NCBI GenBank assembly: GCA_038087875.1
Contig: CM075990.1
Coordinates: forward strand, 1,178,001-1,242,000
Direction: 5' to 3'
Length of the DNA: 64,000 nt
Origin: Malacoraja senta
Taxonomy: Eukaryota
Positions within the stretch are counted from its first letter, which is position 1; each line of letters begins with the position of its first letter. The translations under genes were made by a program, and so were the position numbers. The notes under the pieces were generated by a model. The model was not told the DNA's origin. It saw nothing but the letters and a program-made list of their open reading frames with translations, and did not search any database. Of the stretch, positions 12,360 through 25,994 are shown piece by piece.

Positions 12360-15300
12360 CAAGAAGACAGGGGAGTTGTGGTGGAGGGGTGTTAGTCTGG
12401 CTGGGAGTCTGTGACCATGTTCTGCAAGGATCTGTGGTGGGACCTCTGTTGGAAGTAATATATATAAACAACTTGGACATAATTGTAAATGGGTTGGTTA
12501 GTCATTTTGCAGACAACACTAAAATTGGAGGAGTTGCAGGCAGGGAGGATGGCTGTCGAAGTGTATCGTGGAGTAACTCAGCGGGACAGGCAGCATCGCT
12601 GGAGAGAAGGAATGGGTGACATTTCGGGTCGAGAGCCTTCTTCAGACCCATCTTGACCCCAAACGTCACCCACTCCTCTCTGGAGATGCTGCCTGTCCAG
12701 TTGAGTTACTCCAGCTTTTTGTGTCTATCTTCGGTTTAAACCAGCATCTGCAGTTCCTATCGACACAAAGTATATCGTGGGGTGTAGGTCAGCTACAGAT
12801 ATGGCGGCAGATGCATTTACATCTGAACAAGTGTAAGATGTTACACTTTGGGAGATTAAATGTAAGGCAAAAGTATACAGTAAATGGCTGGACCCTTAGC
12901 AGCATTGAAGTGCAGAGGGATCTTGGGGTCCAAGTCCATAGCTCCATGAAAGTGGCAATGCGAGGGTAGAGGGTGGTAAAGAATGACATGCTTGCCTTCA
13001 TCTGTCAGGGGATTAAGTAGAACAATCAGTAAGTCATGTTGCAGCTTTATAGGACATTGGTTCGACTACATGTGGAGTATTACGTGCATTACTGGTTGCC
13101 CCATTACAGGAAGGATGTGAAGGCTTTGGAGCGGATGCACACGATATTTACCAGAATGCTGCCTGGATTAGAGGAGAGGCAAAGATAGGGTAGACACAGA
13201 GCCTATTTTCCAAGGTGAAAATGTCACATAGAATGGTGACGTACAGGTAGAGCTGGTGCCTCACAGCACCAGAGACCTGGGTTTGATCATGACTACGGGT
13301 GCTGTCCATACAGAGTTTGTATGTTCACCCCGTGACCACGTGGGTTTTCTCCGGGATCTTCGATTTCCTACCACACTCCAAAGATGTACAGGTTTATAGA
13401 TTAATTGGCTTGGCATAAATGTAAACATATAAAATTGTCCCTAGTGTGTGTAGGGTAGTGTTAATGTGTGGGGATCGCTGGTTGGCACAGACTCAGTGCG
13501 CCAAAGGGCCTGTTTCCGCGCTGTATCTCTAAACTAAACTAAACTAAAGTAGATGCCTTGGCTTTAGGATGAAAGGGGCAAAGTTTGGAGGAGATGAGCA
13601 CTTTTTTGCAGAGAGGGTGGTGGGTCCCAGGAACATGCTGGTGGTGTGGGCAGTTATGACAGTGGCATTGAAGCTTTTAGGTGGGCACATGGGTATACAG
13701 GGAATGGAGGGAAAAGGATCACGTGCATGCAGAGGAGACTGGGGATATTCAGCGTGGCTTTGTGTGTGGGTAGATCAGGTCTCACTAACTTGAGTTTGTT
13801 GAGGAGGTGTCAAAGAGGATTGATGATGTTGTCTCCATGGACCTTCAGCAAGCACCTTGGCAAGGTAGGCTGGTTCGGGCGGTTAGTGCACATGGGATTC
13901 GGGGCAAGCTAGTCAATTGGATACAAAATTACCTTGAAGGTGGGAGACAGAGAGTGGTAGTAGTGGCGGTAGGGGGGTTGTTTTTCAAACTGGAGGCCTG
14001 TAACAAGGGGTGTACCACAGTCATCGGTGCTGACCTTACTGTTGTTCATTATTTACACTAACTATTTGGATGAGAATGTAGATGAAATGGTTATGTTCAT
14101 AAGACATAGCACCAGAATTAGGCCATTCAGCCAATCAAGTCTGCTATTTAATTCGATCACAGCCAATCTATTTTTCCCTTTCAACCCTATTTTCCTTTCA
14201 TCTCCCGGTAACCTTTGACATCCTTACAAATCAAGAACCTATCAATCTGTACTTTAAAAATACCCAATGACTTGGCCTCCACCGCCATCTGTGGCAATGA
14301 ATTCCACTGATTCACCACTCTCTGGCGAAATAAATTCCTCCTCATCTCCATCCTTTTATTCTGAGGCTGTGCACTGTGCTCCTAGATGCTCCCACTACTG
14401 GAAACATCCACTACATTATTTGGTAGATTTCAATGAGATTCCCCTCATACTATTAAATCCAGCGAATACAGGCCCAGAGCCATCAAACGCTCCCCATACA
14501 TTAACCCACTCATCTCTGAGATTATTCTCATAAGCCTCCTCTGGATCCTATCTAGAGCCTGCACATCCTTCCTCAGATGTGGGGCCAAAAACTGCTCACA
14601 ATATTGCAAATGTGGTCTGAGCAGCACCTGATAAAGCATTGGCATTACATCCTTGTTCTTATATTCTAGTCCTCTCGAAATAAATGTTAGCATTGCATTT
14701 GCCTTCCTTAGTACTGGCTCAACCTACAAATTAACCTTTTGGGAATCCTGCACCAGCACTCCCAAGTCTCATTGCACCTCCAGTTTCTGAATCCTCTCCC
14801 CATTTAGAAAATAATCTACCCCTTATTACTTCTAGCAAAGTTCTTTGCCCTGTCTCCCAACCTGTCCGAGACCTTCTGCAGAGTCCCTGCTTCCTCAAAA
14901 CTACCTGTCCCTCCACCTATCTTCATATCATCCACAAACTTGGCCACAAAGCCATCAATTCCATTGATGTTATTAAGCTTGTGGATTACACGTACATTGG
15001 TGGTATAGTGGACAGTGAAGAAGGGTATCTAAACTTACCATGGCACCTTGATCAACTGGACCAATAGGCCAAAGAATGGCAGATGGATTTTAATTAAGAT
15101 TAATGCAAGGTGTTGCATTTGCGTAAGACAAACCAGGGCAAGATTTGTGCAGTAAATGGTAGGATCCTGGGATGGGTGACAGAACAGAGAGACCAAGTGG
15201 TGTGGCTACATTGTTCCTTGAAAGGTAGACAGGGTGGTGAAGAAGGTGTTTGGCATGCAGGTCTTCATTGGTCATAGTGATACAGCATGGAAACAGATCA

Positions 15301-15925
15301 TTCTGCCCTACTTGCCCACAACAACCACTTGTCCCACCTGCTTGCATTTGGCCCATCCTTTTAAACCTATCCTATCCATGTACCTGCCCAAATGTTTCTT
15401 AAACATTACGATAGTATCTGCCACAACTACCTCCTCTGGCAGTTCATTCCATGTAATTACCACCCTTTGGGTAAAAAAATGTGACCCTCAGGTTTCTAGT
15501 AAATCTTCCCCCCCTCACCTTAAACATAATGTCCACTGGTTCAGGGTATTGAGTAAAGGAGTTGGGACAAAGGTGAGGCCACATTTGGAGTATTGTGTAC
15601 AGTCCTGGTCGCCCTGCCATAGGAAGGATGTCATTAAATTAAAAGACCATAGATTTAAGATGAGCGATGAAAGATTTAAAAGGGAGGTGAGGGCTAGCTG
15701 TTACACACTGTGGGTGGTGGGTATCAGGAATGAGTTACCAGAAAAAGTTGTAGAGGCAGGTACAATGATGACACTTAAAAGTCTCTTGGACAGGTCCATG
15801 GATACGATCGGGCCAGAGGGACATAGGCCAGGCATAGGCAAGTGGGACAAGCTCAGTTAGGCAACTGGGTCAGCATGAGTAAGTTGGGCTGAAGAGCCAG
15901 TTTCGGTGCTGTGTAGGTCTATAAC
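12360..15925. mobile_element. Cluster of nested, decayed CR1 fragments in both orientations, with a SINE and a PLE insertion
   Basis: QGSVVGPLL, FADNTKIGG, KCKMLHFG and RPHLQYCEQF motifs. Confidence 0.8.
12572..12767. mobile_element. Fold-back PLE terminus dimer
   Basis: Two termini in inverted orientation; TSD AAGT(G/A)TATCGTGG at 12559-12571 and 12768-12780. Confidence 0.8.
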
Positions 15926-17756
15926 TCTAATCTCACACGAGATAATAAAACATATTCCTTAATCTATAAACCTCGAGGGACTACAAGTCTCACCTGGAGA
16001 ACCTTACCTTGTAATTCAACTCTCTTGTCCTGGTTATCACTCCGCAGTACACCTAACAGGTTTGTTTCCATTTCCCTGAGGGGCTCGTGCTTTGATTCAA
16101 CCACAGTTCTCTGCAGTTGTAACATAACCCTGGGCATTCCAGCCTTCTCAAAATGAAAGGCAACAACCTGAGCCTCTTTACTTACTTTTATATTTGTGCA
16201 CTAGCCTTAATGACTGAGCCTTGCTCCACGAAATTTCTCTGCTCCATCTCAGTTATTAGCTGGTTACTGTTTAAACTATAGATCAGACTTGAACACTCTT
16301 CTGCACTTTATCAAACTCACTAATTCACCATTTTACAACCAGTTGCTCTTATCCTGAGCCATTAATTGTGCCAACGAGCTTGAATACATCAATCCTATAT
16401 ATCTACCTCTCTATACATTCAGTTTCTGATCTGTTTATTGCCATATCACTGGGTGCAATGTAGTTCCTTGTTTGCATGAAGCGTGCAGAGATAATAGTGT
16501 ACATGGTAATGATTGATACCACATGAGATAAACTAACAATGCAAAACAGCCAGTGGGGCAAAGATAGATCGTGGTGCAATCTGATATGCTGTAAAAACAC
16601 TAAAGTGTAACAACAGAATAATTGAATGAGGTTCGGTTAAGAGTTACAGCAAGTCTGTGTTTCTGTACAGATCCACAGGGGCCAGAAAATAATCATTTTC
16701 TGAACAATTTAAGGATGCACTCATTAGCCCTACCCATGACAAAATATTGTCCCCAGTTCCATTGTGTCGTTTTTTGTTAACAGTGCAATATGAGAACCTT
16801 GATGAATGCTTTTGGGATTTCCATCTTGAGAAGATTCATGGAAACTCACTGAAATAAAGTCTACAATGCCAGCCCAAAATATTTAATTAGACTTGTTTGA
16901 CTTGACTTGAACTTAGCAGGATTGATCAAGTCTTATTCCTCGAAATGCACAGTCATTCTGTGAGCAACAAATTCTAGTATTGTATTTTCTATGTATCTAG
17001 TAACCCACTGTAAGCTTGTTGTATGAAGTGAATCATTTCCAAATGTGTTTCTGCTGCCTTAATTAAACAGTGATGCAACATTTTCCAAGGGTTGTAGGTG
17101 AAGTCATATAGTCATAACACCGTGGAAACAGGCCCGTCGGCCCAACTTGCCCACACCAACCAACGTGCCCCATCTACACTAGTCCCATCTGCCAATGTTT
17201 GGCCCATATCACTCTAAACCTATCCTATCCACGAACCTATCTAACTATTTCTTAAACATTGGGATAGTCCCTGCCTCAACTACCTCCTCCTGCAGCTCGT
17301 TCCATACGCCCACCACCCTTTGTGTGACAAAGTTACCCCTCAGATCTTTTCCCCTTCACCTTAAAACCATGTTAGAGGATCCTCACAGTAGTATCTGGGG
17401 GTCCCTAACATCCATTTTATCATGATTAGAAGTGGGAATCACTGGATTCTGGACATTTTATCTCCCTTGGAACTTGTTAGTTGCTCCACAGCATTTAATT
17501 TCAGTGTTGTTTTTGTTTAGCCTTTCACTATCTTCATTAACATAGAGTCACAGTTGACAATGATGATTCGTGAAGAGAGAATGCTATGAACTTTAAATGG
17601 AACTTTCGTCAACTGGACCGAGGTGCACCTTGAAACCCAGAGCAACTTTCCTATTCTATTGAAATTCCAGATTAAAACATTGGTCCAGTCCTATATCCAA
17701 GAAATATGTTCCACATCACCTTTTGTTGGGTACTGTAATAGCGATGGTACGGTCAC

Positions 17757-19480
17757 ACAGAGTCATAGAGATGGATATACAGCACGGAAACGGGCCCATC
17801 GGCCCACCTTGGCATTCTGGGCTAATCCCATTTGCCTGCATTTGGCCTATTGTCCTCTAAACCCTTCCTAGCCATATATCTGTCCAAATGTTTTTTAAAG
17901 TTGTAATTGTATCCACTACGATAGCTTCCTCTGGCTGCTCATTCCAGATGTGAACTGCCCTCTGTGAAAATGTTGTCCTCATCTCAGTCCTAAATTGTCT
18001 ACCCCTTATTCTTAAACTGTGACCCCTGGTTCTGGACTCCCCCAAAATCGGGAACATTTGAGGAAGGACATTCTTGCTATTGAGGGAGTGCAGCGTAGGT
18101 TTGCAAGGTTAATTCCCGGGATGGCGGGACTGTCATATGCTGAGAGAATGGAGCTGCTGGGCGTGTACACTCTGGAGTTTAGAAGAATGAGAGGGGATCT
18201 CATTGAAACATATAAGATTGTTAAGAGTTTGGACACGCTAGAGGCAGGAAACATGTTCCCGACGTTGGGGGAGTCCAGAACCAGGGGCCACAGTTTAAGA
18301 ATATGGAGTAAGCCATTTATAACGGAGACGAGGAAACGCTTTTTCTCACAGAGAGTGGTGAGTCTGTGGAATTCTCTGCCTCAGAAGGCGGTGGAGGCAG
18401 GTTCTCTGGATGCTTTCAAGAGAGAGCTAGACAGGGCTCTTAAAAATAGCGGAGTCAGGGGATATGGGGTGAAGGCAGGAACGGGGTACTGATTGGGGAT
18501 GATCAGCCATGATCACATTGAATGGCGGTGCTGGCTCGAAGGGCCAAATGACCTACTCCTGCACCTATTGTCTGTTGTCTATTTTTCCTGCATCTTGCCT
18601 GTCCAATCCCTTAAGAATGTTGTATGTTTCTGTAAGATCCCCTCCCATCCTTCTAAATTCCAGTGAATACAGTATAAGCCCAGTCGACCCATTCTTTCAT
18701 CATATGTCAGTCCCGCCATCCTGGGAATTAACCTGGTGAACCTACGCTGCACTCCCTCAATAGCAAGAATGTCCTTCCTCAAGTTAGAGCAAAACTGCAC
18801 ACAATACTCCAGGTGTGGTCTCAACAGGGCCCTGTACAACTGCAGTAGGACCTCCTTGCTCCTAAACTCAAATCCTCTCGCAATGAAGGCCAACATGCCA
18901 TTTGCTTTCTTCACTGCCTGCTATAACTGCATGCGTACTTTCAGTGACTGATGTACAAGCACACCCAGGTCTCCTTGCACATCCCCTTTTCATAATCTGA
19001 CACCATCAAATATTAATCTGCCTTCCTGTTCTTGCCATCAAAGTGTATAACCTCACATTTGTCCACAGTATACTGCATCTACCATGCATCTGCCCACTCA
19101 CCCAATCTATCCAAGTCACCCTGCAGCCTCACAGCATCCTCCTCGCAGCTCACACTGCCACCCAGCTTTGTGTCATCCGCAAACTTGGAGATGTTACATT
19201 TAATTTCCTCTTCCAAATTGTTAATATATATTATAAACAACTGGGGTCCCAGCACTGAACCTTGCGGCACCCCATTAGTCACTGACTGCCTTCTGAAAAG
19301 GACCCGTTAATTCCAACGCTTTGCTTCCTGTCTGCCAACCAGTTCTCTATCCATGTCAATACCCTACCCCCAATAACATGAGCTCTAATTTTGCACACTA
19401 ATCTCTTGTGTGGGACCTTGTCAAAGGCTTTTTGAAAATTCAGATACACTACAGCCACTGGCTCTCCCTTATCCATCCTA
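17757..19480. mobile_element. CR1 composite: minus-strand fragments flanking a younger plus-strand 3' end (~18053-18580)
   Basis: KDILAIEGVQRRF...LWNSLPQKAVEAGSLDAFKRELD on +; [10 protein letters not shown] and FADDTKLGG on -. Confidence 0.9.
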
Positions 19481-20605
19481 CCTTGACCCTGATCCCGATC
19501 TCAGCCCTGACCCCCAACGCTGCTCTCTGGTGGGGAGTTGGATGCCAGTAACACTGAGAGCAAAGATCCTGCCAGAAGCCTAGTAACACATGCACAGGGC
19601 TTCATCTGGAGGCAGCCTATTTCAACAGCGCCTATATTTGGAATTGTGTGAACAAATTTAGCTCTGCTTCCAACACAGGAGAAGTTCCCTTTTATCGTTA
19701 AGGGTGTGAGACCATTAGTTGCTGCAGATAGTCAAAGCAAAGTGAGCTGGGATCAGGGAGGGGCTGGAGGGAACATCACTCATCACAGACAGAATTCACT
19801 TTGAGGATTTGACCATGAAAAGAAACATCTGATGAAGAATGACATAGAACAGAGAACAGTTCAGCACTGGGACAGGCCCCTTAGGTTCACAATGTCAGGG
19901 CTGAACATGATGCCAAGATAAACTTATCTCCTCTGCCTGCACAGGGCCCATATCCCTCCATATCCAGGTACCTTTCTAAAACCTCTTAAATGCCACTGTC
20001 ATATCTCCCTCCACCAAACCTGGTGGCACGTTGCGGGCCTTCATCATCCTCTGTGTACAAAATAACTTGCCCTACACATCTATTTTAAACTTTGCCCCTC
20101 TCACCTTAAAGCTATGCGCCCTAGTCTCAGACAATTCCAATTTCTGGAAAAAAGGCTCTGTCTGTCTACCCTTTCTAGGCCTCATAATTTTATATACTTC
20201 TATCAGGTCTCCCCGCAACCTCCAGAGTTCCATAAAAACATTACAACTTGGTCCAACCTCTCCTTCGAACTAATACTCTAAATCTATGAGAATATCTATG
20301 TTCTCCAGAGATGCTGCTTGACCCATTGAGTTACTTCAGCACTTTGTGTCTTTTTTTGTAAACCAGCATCTGCAGTTCCTTGTTTCTAACCTGTAACTCT
20401 TGCTGCACATGCAGGGAACCGTGGTTCAATGTTTCTATCGCTACATGTTTTTAGTCAGTCTTTAAGTGCAGGCAAAATGTCTCTTCATGGTTGAAGGAAA
20501 ATATGGAAGTTTGGAAGTTTCCCTTCACAAAGACTGGTGTAATGTTCCTGCTTGTCATCCTCCTCACTGCTTGCTGCCACTAACTATATTCTCTGCCTCT
20601 CACAG

Positions 20606-20804
20606 GTGGATTCCTACGCCATGACCGTGTCGAATGATATTGGGGAGATCCTGTTGGTGAAGATCGAGAAGCGCAAGTACTGGGTGCATGATGACTGGTT
20701 CTGTAGATATATCACCATAAAAACCCCCCAGGGTGAATACAAGGAGTTCCCCTGTTACCGGTGGATTGCTGACGACAAGGAGATCGAGTTACGGGATGGG
20801 AAAG
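20606..20804 (+). CDS. ALOX5: ALOX5 coding exon 2
   Basis: Acceptor ctctcac[68 protein letters not shown]; 199 nt, as in mammalian exon 2; donor GTTAGC. Confidence 0.96.
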
Positions 20805-21399
20805 GTTAGCACCAAACCTTAGCGCTAACAATATAAGCAATAAGTAGGCCATTCAGCCCCTCTAGTCTAAAACAAGATGGCAGATCTGATCTTTGCTCCA
20901 ACATCTCACTCCTGTCTGTTCCCCAAACCTTTTATTTTCCTTTCAACCAAAACCTGCATCTCTCAACCTTCAGTACATTCAATGACTCTCACTCAGCAGA
21001 ATTTCAAAGCCTCAAATGAGAGAAGGAAGCCCTCCAATTCCACCTAAATGCTCTAAGTATAAGTTTATGTTTATTATTGTAACAATTATCCGAGGTGCAG
21101 TGAAAAGCTTTGTTTTGTAAAAATCCAACAAATCAGAAAATACGATGTGAAATACAACCGACAAGATTAAGTGCAATAGGTAAAGCGTAGAAAGATAGAG
21201 AGAGCAGAATATAGTTCTCAGCATTGTAGCACAACAGTTCCAGAGACAAAATCCAATGTCCGCAATGAGGTAGAGGTGAATCGGACAGTGCCCTGGCTTA
21301 TGGAAGAACTTGTGTTAGGAGCCTGATAACAGAGGGAAGAAGCTGTTCCTGAGTTTGGTGGTGCATGCTTTCAAATGCGCAACTGTTTATTCTGAAACT

Positions 21400-22390
21400 G
21401 TTCCAGGTGGCCTGGGTCCATTAACATGGCCATTTATATTAACCACTTGGATGTGAATTCAGTTGGTAGGGTTAGTAAGTTGGCAGATGATGCCAAATTT
21501 TGTGGTATAATGGAAATGAAAGAAAGCTATTGAAGATTACATTAGGATCTAGAACAACTGGGAAAATGGGCCAAGGAATTATATTTTATTAAGTTCAACT
21601 CAGACAGGACTTGCGCAGTAAAATGGCAGGGCTCTGGAGAGCTTTGAAGAACAGAGAGGCTGAGGGGTATAGGTATACAGTTTCATGAAAACGGCCACAC
21701 CAGTGGGCAGGCTGGTGAAGAAGGTGTTTGCCACTCTTGCCTTCATTAGCCAGGATATTCAGTCCAAAAGTTGGGACATCATGTTCCAGCCTTATAATAT
21801 ATTGCTGAGTCCACAGTTGTGTGCAGTTCTGCTATGGGAAGGATGTCATTAAGCTGGAAAGGGTACAGACAATATTCAGTGTTAAAGGTTGAGTTATAAG
21901 GAGAGGCTGGGTAGACAAGAACGTTTCTCCCTGAAGCCTAGGAGGCTGAGGGGTGACTTTATAGAGGTATATAAAAGTGTAGATAGACATGAAAAGCTGG
22001 ATTAACTCAGCGGGTCAGGCAGCATCTCTGCAGAGAAGGAATGGGTGACGCTTCGGGTCGAGACCCTTCTTCAGACGTGAGGGGTAGAGATCAGTTGAAT
22101 AGCCACAGTCTTTTTCCAGGGAAATGGAAGTCTAAAACTAGAGGGCATAGATTAAAGGAGAAAGGGGAAAGATTTAAAAGGAATTTCAGGGGCAAATTTT
22201 TCATACTGAGGATGGTGGGTATGAGCTGCCAGAGGAAATTATTGAGGTGGGTATAATTTAAATGTTTCAAACGCATTAAGATAGGTAATAGGACAGAAAA
22301 GCTCTGGAGGGATATGGGCCACGTGCAGGCAAATGAAACTTGGTCAGGATGGATGATGGGCTGAAGGGCCTGTTGCCATGCTGTAAGCCG
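21400..22390 (+). mobile_element. Old CR1 3' fragment with a PLE terminus inserted at ~21985-22077
   Basis: Degenerate ADD and TRGHRL motifs; CR1/HE1-type 3' tail. Confidence 0.7.
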
Positions 22391-23229
22391 ATGATTTAAT
22401 AGCCCACCCGGGGAAGTATCCTTTCAGCATCCACCTTCTCAATCCTCCCCAAAATAAACTATTTTGTTTTCATAAGATCACCTCTCATTCTTCTGAACTC
22501 AGTAAACATAGAGCAGCCTGCTCGATGTCTCTGACCCGTCAACCCTTCCATCCTAGAAAGCAACCGAATGAACCTTCCCCACACTGTCTTTAGGGCAAGT
22601 AGAGCATCCCTTAGCTAAAGACATCAACATTGCATGTTTTACATCAGGTGAAGTGCACACATAGAATCATAGAATCATAGAAAGTAGGTGCGAGAGCAGA
22701 CCACCAGGTCCATTGAGCCCGCACCGCCATTCGCTCATGGCTGAACACCAAACAAACACCCCTACCCACAAACAGTAGACACAAGACACAGAACACAAGA
22801 CACTACCCTCCCCTTTATACCGCTATCACCCCTCTCCACCACAAGAACCGCGTGATCTCCTGGTTCATGTAACATCATTACTTTTATACTCCATTTCTTC
22901 TGCATTAAAGGCTACTATTGCAATTAGTTCCTGAATTATCTGCGTATCTGATGCTAACTTCCTACCTTCCATATACAAGCACGCTCAGGGCTCTTGTTTC
23001 CCGGCTTTCTATTGTCTCCCTGCGTTTACTTAAGATTCTGCTTATCAATGCTTCTAATTTAAGTGATCTCCTCAGATTATCCGCATTGTAGCGTTGCCTG
23101 GTAACTTGAGTTGAGTCATTGGGCCTGTTGCCATTCTGTATGTCTACACTGATGTATGGGCCACCAAACATTTGCCCATTCACTTCACCCATCTGTATCG
23201 CTTTGAAGGAAGTTTTGCGTCCACTTTAC

Positions 23230-23575
23230 TGGGGCCCTGTCAACCTGTGACCTCCTGACCTGGGGCACTGTCAGCCTGTGACCCCTGACCTGATGCGCTA
23301 TCGATCTCTGACCCCCTGACTTGAGGTGCTGACAATTTTGACCGCCTGACCTGAGGTACTGTTGATCTCTGACCCTTTGACCTTGGACACTGACAATCCC
23401 TGACCCTCAGACCAAACGGACTGTTGATCTCGGACCCTCAGACATGGGACGCCGTCGATCCCTGACCCGCTGACCTGAGGCACTGTTGATCTCTGACCCC
23501 CTGCCCTGATGCATTGTTGGTCCCTGACCCTCAGACTGGGGCACTCTTGTCCCCGACTCCCTGACCTGATGTGGT
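23230..23575. repeat. Degenerate ~30-31 bp minisatellite (~11 units) rich in TGACC
   Basis: Unit like TGAGGCACTGTTGATCTCTGACCCCCTGACC, read directly. Confidence 0.85.
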
Positions 23576-23790
23576 GTCAGTACCAGGCAGACAGGTTGTA
23601 CCTCAGCAGTACTGAAACCAATTTCCTCACCGGGAGGATTGCCGGAACTGTTTGGTTTGAAGTTGCTTGGTAGAAGTTACCAAGTAGAAGCTGCTTGGCA
23701 GAGCTGGGCTGGTGAAAATTCACCACATCCACTGGGTCTCATCATTTATTCAGCCCTTTATATCCTCAAAAATTCCCGTTGATTTGTCAA

Positions 23791-24098
23791 GTTTAGTTTA
23801 GTTTAGAGATACAGCGCGGAAACAGGCCCTTCAGCCCACCACGTCCGCGCCGACCAGTGATCCCCGCACACAAGCACTGTCCTACACAATAGGGACAATT
23901 TACAATCTTTATCAAAGCCAAGTAACCTACAAACCTGTATGTCTTTTGAACATGGGAGGAAACCAGAGCACCCATGGAAAACCCTTGCAGTCACGGGGAG
24001 AACGTACAAACTCCATACAGACAGTCCCCTTAGTCAGGATCGAACGCGGTTCTCTGGTGTTGTGAGGCAGCAACTCTACCGCTGCGCCACCGTGCCAC
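23791..24098 (-). mobile_element. HE1-type SINE, full length
   Basis: (GTTTA)n tail at 23791; complement of the tRNA head near 24075-24098. Confidence 0.85.
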
Positions 24099-24156
24099 CC
24101 CTTAGGATTTCCCTTTCCCAAATCAACGTGGACTGTTCAATCCAAACACTCTTCTC

Positions 24157-25129
24157 AAGGTAGACACCAAATGCTGGAGTAACTCAGTGAAACGGGCAGC
24201 ATCTCTGGAGAGAAGGAATGGGTGACGTTTCAGATCGAGATCCTTCTTCCCTATTGCGTCTAGGGGGAAGGGGAACAAGGGTGAAGTTGCGGGGTACCGA
24301 GGAGACACGGGTGAGGGCCCCATCTATGACGCCCATTCCCTAAAGAATGCGGACATCTCGGATGTCCTGGTATGGAATGCCTCATCTTGGGTGCAGATGT
24401 AGCGTAGACAGAGGAATTGGGAGTAAGGGAAAGAGTATTTGCAGGAAGCAGGGTGGGAAGAAGTGTAGTCGAGATAGTTGTGGGAGTAAGTGGGTTTGTA
24501 ATAGACATCATGTGATGGAGACGGTGAGATCAAGAAAGGGGAGGTGTCGGAGACGGTCCAAGTGAATTTGAGTGCAAGATGGAAATTGGTGGTGAAGCTG
24601 ATGAAGTCCATGAGTACTGCATGGGTGCAGGAGGTAGCACCGATGCAGTTGTCAACGTATACAACATTGCCAAACACTTTAATGCTCGCTCCCATTCCCA
24701 CACTGACCTTTCTGTCCTATGCCTCCTCCATTATCAGTGAGGCTAATCGCAAATTGGAAGAACAGCATTTCATATTTCACTTGGGCAGCTTACCACCCAG
24801 TGGAATGAATATTGATTTATCTAACCCCTGCACTCCTTCTCCCGCCATCCCTCCCCACCCAAGTCGTACCAGGTTCCCGTTCTCACCTAACAATGGCCTG
24901 TTTCCTTTATCATCGTCACTTTTTTGCATACTGTGTCTTTCATTCATATTCTATATCTCTGCATCACTGTCTATATCTCTCGTTTCCCTTTCCCCTGACC
25001 TGTCTGAAGAAGGGTCTCGACCCGAAACGTCACCCATTCCTTCTCTCCAGAGATGCTGCCTGTCTCGCCGAGTTACTCCAGCATTTTGTGTCTTCCTTCA
25101 GTTTAAACCAGCATCTGCAGTTCCTTCCT
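24157..25129. mobile_element. Penelope-like element insertion with inversion: RT fragment plus terminus on -, GIY-YIG tail plus 3' terminus on +
   Basis: Minus ORF YVDNCIG...LKFTW...VYYKPTYSHNYLDYTSSHPASCKYSFPYSQFLCLRYIC (PLE RT thumb); plus strand RKLEEQHFIFHLGSLPPSGMNID; flanking direct repeat ACACTCTTCTC at 24146-24156 and 25130-25140. Confidence 0.85.
25004..25031 (+). ncRNA. Minimal type-I hammerhead ribozyme motif in a PLE terminus
   Basis: CUGAAGA-A-GGGU(CUCG)ACCC-GAAAC-GUC; palindromic ACGU stem III; stem I weak. Confidence 0.65.
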
Positions 25130-25994
25130 ACACTCTTCTCCAGGTTCTCGGCTTTAGTCATGGCCTCCAGCATTTTCCACTGCTGATGTCATGCCGATGG
25201 TCCATAATTCCCTTATATCTCTGTCTCCTTTGTTAAACAGTAGGGTTACAATAGCGACTGATCCATAGGATCCACAGAAACAACAAAAATGACCAGCCAC
25301 TACTTTCAGTCACTTCCTTCCAAACTCTGATATAAAGACTCTGGAAGGATCGGCGTAGTGGCACACGGGTCGAGGCACTGCCTCACAGCGCCAGAGACCC
25401 GGGCTTGATCCTGACCTCAGGTGCTGTCTGTGTGGAGTTTGCACATTCTCCTTGTGACCGCATGGGTTTTCTCCAAGTGCTCTGCTTTCGTCCCTCATCC
25501 CAAAGACGTGCTGTTTTGTAGGTTAATTGGCCTCTCTAATATTGTCCCTGGTGTGTAAGGAGTGTACAGTATGTAAGTGGGATAACAGAACTAGTGTGAA
25601 CAGGTGATGGTTGTCATGCACTCAGTGGGCCTAGGGGTCCATGCTATATCCCTAAAAATTTAAATAAAACTAAACCTGGGAATTTATGAGATGGTTTTTC
25701 AATTTCACTAACACCATTTCATAGTAATATGATTTAATTTAATTTCTCCCTCTCACCACATCCTGTTCTTCTACATTTCTGTAAGGTTCCTCTTTCGTGA
25801 AGACAGATTCAAAAAATTATTTCATTGTTCCGCAATATACATTCTCCCAATTCTGACCATAAGGAACCTACATTTGTTTTTCATGAGTGTTTCTCTCTTC
25901 ACGTATTTCCAGAAGATTTTATAAGCTAGGAGCGAGTTGTTATGTTCTTTACGGGCAAGCTACCATTCTCCATGCTCCCCTTCATAATTAATCC

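Noticed and set aside
11609..12619. 336-aa Pro/Ser-rich ORF
   Set aside because: Artefact of the C-rich low-complexity tract running into CR1 and PLE fragments within ALOX5 intron 1
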